A DNA stretch of 56,564 nt, the filler included, from Dugesia japonica (taxonomy: Eukaryota), in the NCBI GenBank assembly GCA_001938525.1. It is 5 parts of 5 records of this genome, joined end to end, with 100 filler letters (N's around TTAATTAATTAA, not from the genome) between each part and the next. Parts side by side here need not be neighbours in the genome. Positions count along the whole stretch, not along the records: positions 47,052 to 56,564 come from MQRL01584865.1; 4 more parts are not named here. The stretch is one strand, 5' to 3'. The notes beneath the pieces were generated by a model. The model saw nothing but the letters and a program-made list of their open reading frames with translations, made no database searches and was not told the DNA's origin. The position numbers and the translations under genes are program-made. This document shows, in pieces, positions 51,033 to 56,564 of this stretch (position 1 is its first letter; each line of letters starts with the position of its first letter).

Positions 51033-52212
51033 AAAAAAATTCATTTTTTATGCGACTTAGAGATTCCAAACTAAATATTCGAATATATTCATGTTTTTAT
51101 TGATTATGCTGCATGGTTAATGTTTAATTCGATCAAATAGGTTAAAGATTTATGAAATAAATATCACAAAATATACAAGTTAATTATTTAAAATTTCATT
51201 TAAATAAGAAAAAGCTTCGATTAAAATAAAATTTATTTGTAAAAAGGTTCAAATTTTCGACAATAATCTTCTTCAGAAACATGTTGGCTTTTTGATATAT
51301 TCAATACAATAGATCTTTGTTACTCAACTCTTTAAATTTTATCGAAATTTTATCGGTTTAATTTTTTTTATTTTAATTAAGGATTTTAGTTTTTATTTTT
51401 AAATCAACTCAAAAAATTTCAAAAAAATTTTTTTATTAATACAGAAAAGTCTTTTAGATATTTTAGATATATTATACTTAGAATTTTTTAATTTAGAATT
51501 TTTTGAATTATTTTTTGAAAATTTTTTTAAATTTTATTTTGTTTTTTTATTAATAATTTATGTTATTTTAAATAAATTTTATTATTTTATAAATTTCTTT
51601 TTTGAAATTCATTCAAAAATGAACTAGTTTTACATAGAATTATAAAAGTAATTTTTTTTGAACCTGAAATTTTTAAGTTTCTTTCAAATCCATATTAGGA
51701 CAACTAATTAATATTATTTCGTTTTTTATATTTTTTATATATAAATATATTTATTTTAAACATATTATTTATAGATATTGATATAAACTTTTTTTTATTT
51801 TTTAATCATTAATTATTAATTAATTATTTTAACTTAAATACAATATTTTAGAGTATATCTTGATGAAAATTGCATTAGCATGTTAATCAATATTCGAATT
51901 TTATCTTTTAAAACTGGTAGTTGTTTTAATTGATACAGATTTGGCGCTAAATTTAACATATGATTTATATTAAACCAAAATTATTTCTATAAACTTTATT
52001 TTTAGAGATTTTAAATGTTAACAGTTACAAAGACAACTAAGAATAGGTTAATGCTTACAGATGGTGAGTTTGAATATTACTTGAACTCTAAAACGCCGAC
52101 TAGAATGTACTGGGTTTGCACGAAATAACTTTGTATTTATTGATGAATAAAAGTTAAATTCTTAATTGTTGTTCTTCTGACCTTTTATTTATTTGATCTA
52201 ATATATTATTAT

Positions 52213-53038
52213 AAGATTTTATGTGAAAAGTTTTTATGTGAAAATTTATTATGTGAAAAGTTTTTATGTAAAAAGATTTTATGTAAAAAGATTTTATGTG
52301 AAAAGATTTTATNNNNNNNNNNNNNNNNNNNNNNNNNNNNNNNNNNNNNNNNNNNNNNNNNNNNNNNNNNNNNNNNNNNNNNNNNNNNNNNNNNNNNNNN
52401 NNNNNNNNNNNTTTTATGTAAAAAGATTTTATGTAAAAAGATTTTATGTGAAAAGATTTTATGTGAAAAGTTATTATGTGAAAAGATTTTATGTGAAAAG
52501 TTATTATGTGAAAAGTTTTTATATGAAAAGTTTTTATGTGAAAAGTTATTATGTGAAAATTTATTATGTGAAAAGTTATTATGTGAAAAGTTATTATGTG
52601 AAAAGATTTTACGTGAAAAGTTATTATGTGAAAAGTTTTTATATGAAAAGTTTTTATGTGAAAAGATTTTATGTGAAAAGTTATTATGTGAAAAGATTTT
52701 ATGTGAAAAGATTTTATGTGAAAAGATTTTATGTGAAAAGATTTTATGTGAAAAGATTTTATGTGAAAAGTTATTATGTGAAAATTTATTATGTGAAAAG
52801 TTTTTATGTGAAAAGTTATTATGTGAAAAGATTTTATGTAAAAAGATTTTATGTGAAAAGATTTTATGTGAAAAGTTATTATGTGAAAAGATTTTATGTA
52901 AAAAGATTTTATGTAAAAAGATTTTATGTGAAAAGATTTTATGTGAAAAGTTATTATGTGAAAAGATTTTATGTGAAAAGTTATTATGTGAAAATTTATT
53001 ATGTGAAAAGTTATTAGGTGAAATGTCTGGGTACCATA
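52213..53038. repeat. 15-bp minisatellite (AAAAG(A/T)T(T/A)TTATGTG)n, probably internal to a non-autonomous DNA transposon
   Basis: About 47 visible units plus a gap. Terminates in GTGAAATGTCTGGGTACC. Confidence 0.93.
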
Positions 53039-53270
53039 TTTTTCATTAATTAAATTTATTTTTTAATAAATAACGTAAAATTTAGAAATACATTTCAAAA
53101 AATACATTTTTGAAGAAAATCAGAAACTTAATAATTTATACATTACAAAGTAAAATTATAAATTTATTATNNNNNNNNNNNNNNNNNNNNNNNNNNNNNN
53201 NNNNNNNNNNNNNNNNNNNNTTATAAATTTAAAAATCACGAATTTATGAACATTCATAAATTAATGAATA

Positions 53271-54450
53271 TATATGATGAGACAAGTAACAAGAGATATG
53301 GAGACATGAGATATTGCGACAACAGATACGACGCAAATGTATATGAACCAAGGAGAAACCCAAACGGAGAGGCTCCTCCAACAGGGGAGATGGTAGGAGC
53401 AGTAGTATTGATATTGATAGTAAAAGTAGTCATATCTATAATATAAGAGATTGTAATCGGTAAGATGATTGTCCCGAATCTTGAATAAAGATATGAAGCA
53501 TCTAAGAACAAAGTCAAGGGGTTTGAAGCTAGGCTATGACTGCTGGTGGAAGAGAAGTTTTTGAAGACCTAGAAGAATTTATTCGTTACAGGCAGGGTGA
53601 TACTGATAATGAGGTATTCTTCCACGATGTAGAAAAACTGGCAGATAAGTTGTTTAGCCATAATCTGTCAAAAAAGTCGTTAATATCAGCACTCCTGATA
53701 AACGCAACGGCACAGAAGAAGGCAAAAAAAGAGATTCTGATGAAAAAAGTTTCCGAACCGGAAGAAATAAAAGAGATAATCAGAGACGTTTCAAGAATCG
53801 CGAAAAAGACAGAAGAAATGCAGTGGAAAATGATGAAACAAGTAACGAGGAATATGAAGACAACTGATATGAAGACGTTAGATATGGTAACAACAGATAC
53901 GACGCAAATGTATATGAATCAAGGAGAAGTCCAAACGGAGAGGCTCCTTCAACAGGGGAGATGGTAGGAGCAGTAGAAATCAAAATCTAATGAGTGATCC
54001 CAAAAGTATTGATATTGATAGTAAAGGTAGTCATATCAATAATATAGAGGAAGATGTCGGGAAAGGAGTTTATAATTCGTTTTAAGAAAGAGATATCAGT
54101 AATCAATGGAGAAGCATCAGTGGAACCAACAATCGCAACAGAGGAAGAATGGGGGAGAAATGTGGTTAGGCATGATATAATGCAGGGAGATTGAGTATTG
54201 CGATAAAAATTCAAAACATGGAGTTTGAATGCTTACTGGATACAGAAATAAGGACTCATGTTATGGCTATGGATGCGTTTAACAAATGCAGGCATGTCTC
54301 GTTATTGCAACAAAGGACAGAGTAAGGTGCGCTACCGATAGTTCATTATGTACCAAAAGAAGAAAAAGAGTTGATGTGGAAGTGAGGATCGGCAAGACTA
54401 GAAAGATTAACTACATAGTTGTTGGCAGAGTTTAAGACGAGTTTGGGATT
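53271..54450 (+). pseudogene. Rearranged gypsy gag-protease remnant with internal direct duplication
   Basis: VFEDLEEFIRYRQGDTD..VEKLADKL closely matches 31096-31560. 53271-53447 is repeated at 53832-54050. FECLLDT protease relic at ~54225. Confidence 0.8.
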
Positions 54451-56564
54451 AGATTTTATGAAGAAAATCAAAAAGTTAATAATTTATAAATTACAAACTG
54501 AAATTATAAATAAATAATTTTGATGAAATATTTTTTTAAAAAATTTTTCACGAGAAAAATCTTCTATTTTATAAATTGTTCATTATTTCGCCTATTAATT
54601 ATTTATTATTAAATAATAATTAAATATTAATTATTTCACAAATTTCCAAATGCATACACTGATTAAAATTAATTTTTATTGGTTGGTAATTATAACATTA
54701 AATTTATTGTAAATATTCTCGATTTTTTGTTGCTAGCATAAAAAAAAACTTTTTTTAATTTTTAAACTTTTAAAAATTAAAAAATAAAATTTTTTAAATT
54801 TTAAAAAGTTTTACAATTATAAATTTCAATTTTTTAAATTTTCTAATGAATTTAATATTAATTTTAAAAATTTAAAATAACATTTTTTAAATTTTAAAAA
54901 TAAAATTAAATTTTAAAGTTTTAAAATTAGAAAATTTAATTTTTTAAAATTTCTAAATAATTTATTTTTAATTTTAATATACACTGTAAATTACATATTT
55001 TAGATTAAAATCAAATTATAAATTTAAAAATTCGTTTGCTTACTTTATAAACTATTTTAATGATTTAATTTAAAATATTTAACAAATCCGTTTCAAAATA
55101 TAAAAAATTTAAATCCGCTTTTTTATAAACAAACTTACAATCTTAGATTGTGTTGAATTAATTGACTGAATAATTTCGTGATTGATTGTAGATTTCTGTT
55201 GAAGTTTCGTATCAAAAGCAAATAAAATTTTTTCTTCATTCTGCAAATAAGTTTTACAAATTGATTTTAGCGATTGCCCTCCTTTAATCCGACTCTGATA
55301 TTTGGTTGTTTAATTTAATTAAATTTATCCAAACATTTTGACTTCCTGCATTTACATATTTCGCCATAAACTCTTTTGGTTTCATTTCATCTTTTTAATT
55401 ATTGTTTTCTTTTATATTAATTTCAACATTTTGTTTATTATCTTTTCCTATTATTTTCTTTCATAAAAATGATAATCCACTTTCAAATACGATTTAGAGA
55501 AAAACTAATATGAAAGCTAAATTCATTTATAATAAACAAATTTTTAATTGATTTTACAATTAGAATAAATCACTATTTAATTATTGAATCAAAATTTATG
55601 TAAAACTAAGTATTTATATTGTATAATTAATTACTAAAATAAACAATTTATAAATTACCATTTACTCTTAAATCTGATCTTTCTTCAAGAATTATGTCTT
55701 TGTGATGTAAACATTCAACTTCAACTTCCGATAAATTCTATAAATTAATTTATAAAATAATCTTATAAAAATTTCAACTTTATTAGTAAATAAATTTCCA
55801 CTTTTCATACAACATTTAATCACTTGAATGCTACATTTCAATATCTTCAATTAAATATTTAAAATAAACTATGCAAATTGACATAATTACTTCATCGGTT
55901 GATGTTAAGTGAGGATTATTTTTTATACTTTTCCAATTTATAATATTACTGGTGTGAATTAACATTTCATTCATTTCGCAAATTACAAAACTAATTACTT
56001 ATAAATAATACTTATAAAATAATCTTATAAATAAAGGAAAGTTTACTTTATAAGAATTTAAAAATAAAATTTAAAAGTGACTACATATTATATTTAAACA
56101 ACTATTGCTTTGTAAAACAAAAATCAAATTTGCTTAAAATTTTAGTAAACTAAAATCCCAAAGTAATTTGAAGTTTATTATTTTATCATTTATAAATTAA
56201 CTAGTAAACACTTTTGCTAATAATAATTGACAGTAAATATTTTTTAAAAATTCTGGACATAAAATTTATGAGATGTTTTTTGTTAAAATAAAAGATTCGA
56301 TCAATGGTTACATCCAACAATTATTCTCGTAATGATTCTAATAGTAAAAATATGAAATGTTATCAATAAAATATTTTATAAACATTTAATTTAATAAATG
56401 TCACTTTTTATAGTTATTGTAATGGTAGTAAAGCCTGAAACCACTTATTTTACAGGATTGAAAGTTGCAACGTTATTTGGATAAGTTTTAAAAAATGAAC
56501 TTTACAATGACAAATGCAATAAATTTGTAGAAAATACTAGTTTCCTATCTATCAGCATTCAATT

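Noticed and set aside
52223-53017. 264-aa YVKRF repeat protein
   Set aside because: By-product of a 15-bp minisatellite, with a GTG start and no other gene features.
54500-56564. Possible minus-strand spliced gene or Ulp1-like relic in the AT-rich tail
   Set aside because: Only short ambiguous frames with no convincing motif.

Overview
Very AT-rich eukaryotic repeat-rich DNA (probably an invertebrate such as a flatworm; this is inference from the TE spectrum only). It is not one locus. Four identical 100-bp spacers (44N-TTAATTAATTAA-44N) join five unrelated scaffold pieces: 1-11060, 11161-25913, 26014-37883, 37984-46951 and 47052-56564. No intact host gene, rRNA, tRNA or CRISPR is recognisable, and nearly all coding signal is decayed transposon or endogenous-virus sequence. 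Recognisable remnants include: Polinton/Maverick (adintovirus-type) genes on three scaffolds (major capsid, core-like and pX-like proteins, penton start, packaging ATPase, two adenain copies, three pPolB pieces); several Ty3/gypsy elements; an RLE-type non-LTR element inserted in a polB gene; a Penelope-like end with inverted pLTRs carrying a minimal hammerhead ribozyme; mariner and rosa (DD41D) transposons; MITEs; and mini/microsatellites. The most unusual object is the gypsy element at ~5816-11060. There, a chuvirus/gB-like glycoprotein C-terminus sits upstream of, and runs in frame toward, a protease - 2xCCHC - second protease - dUTPase-like - RT - RNaseH - integrase array, with no visible capsid domain. 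All protein calls come from manual motif recognition; no database searches were run.
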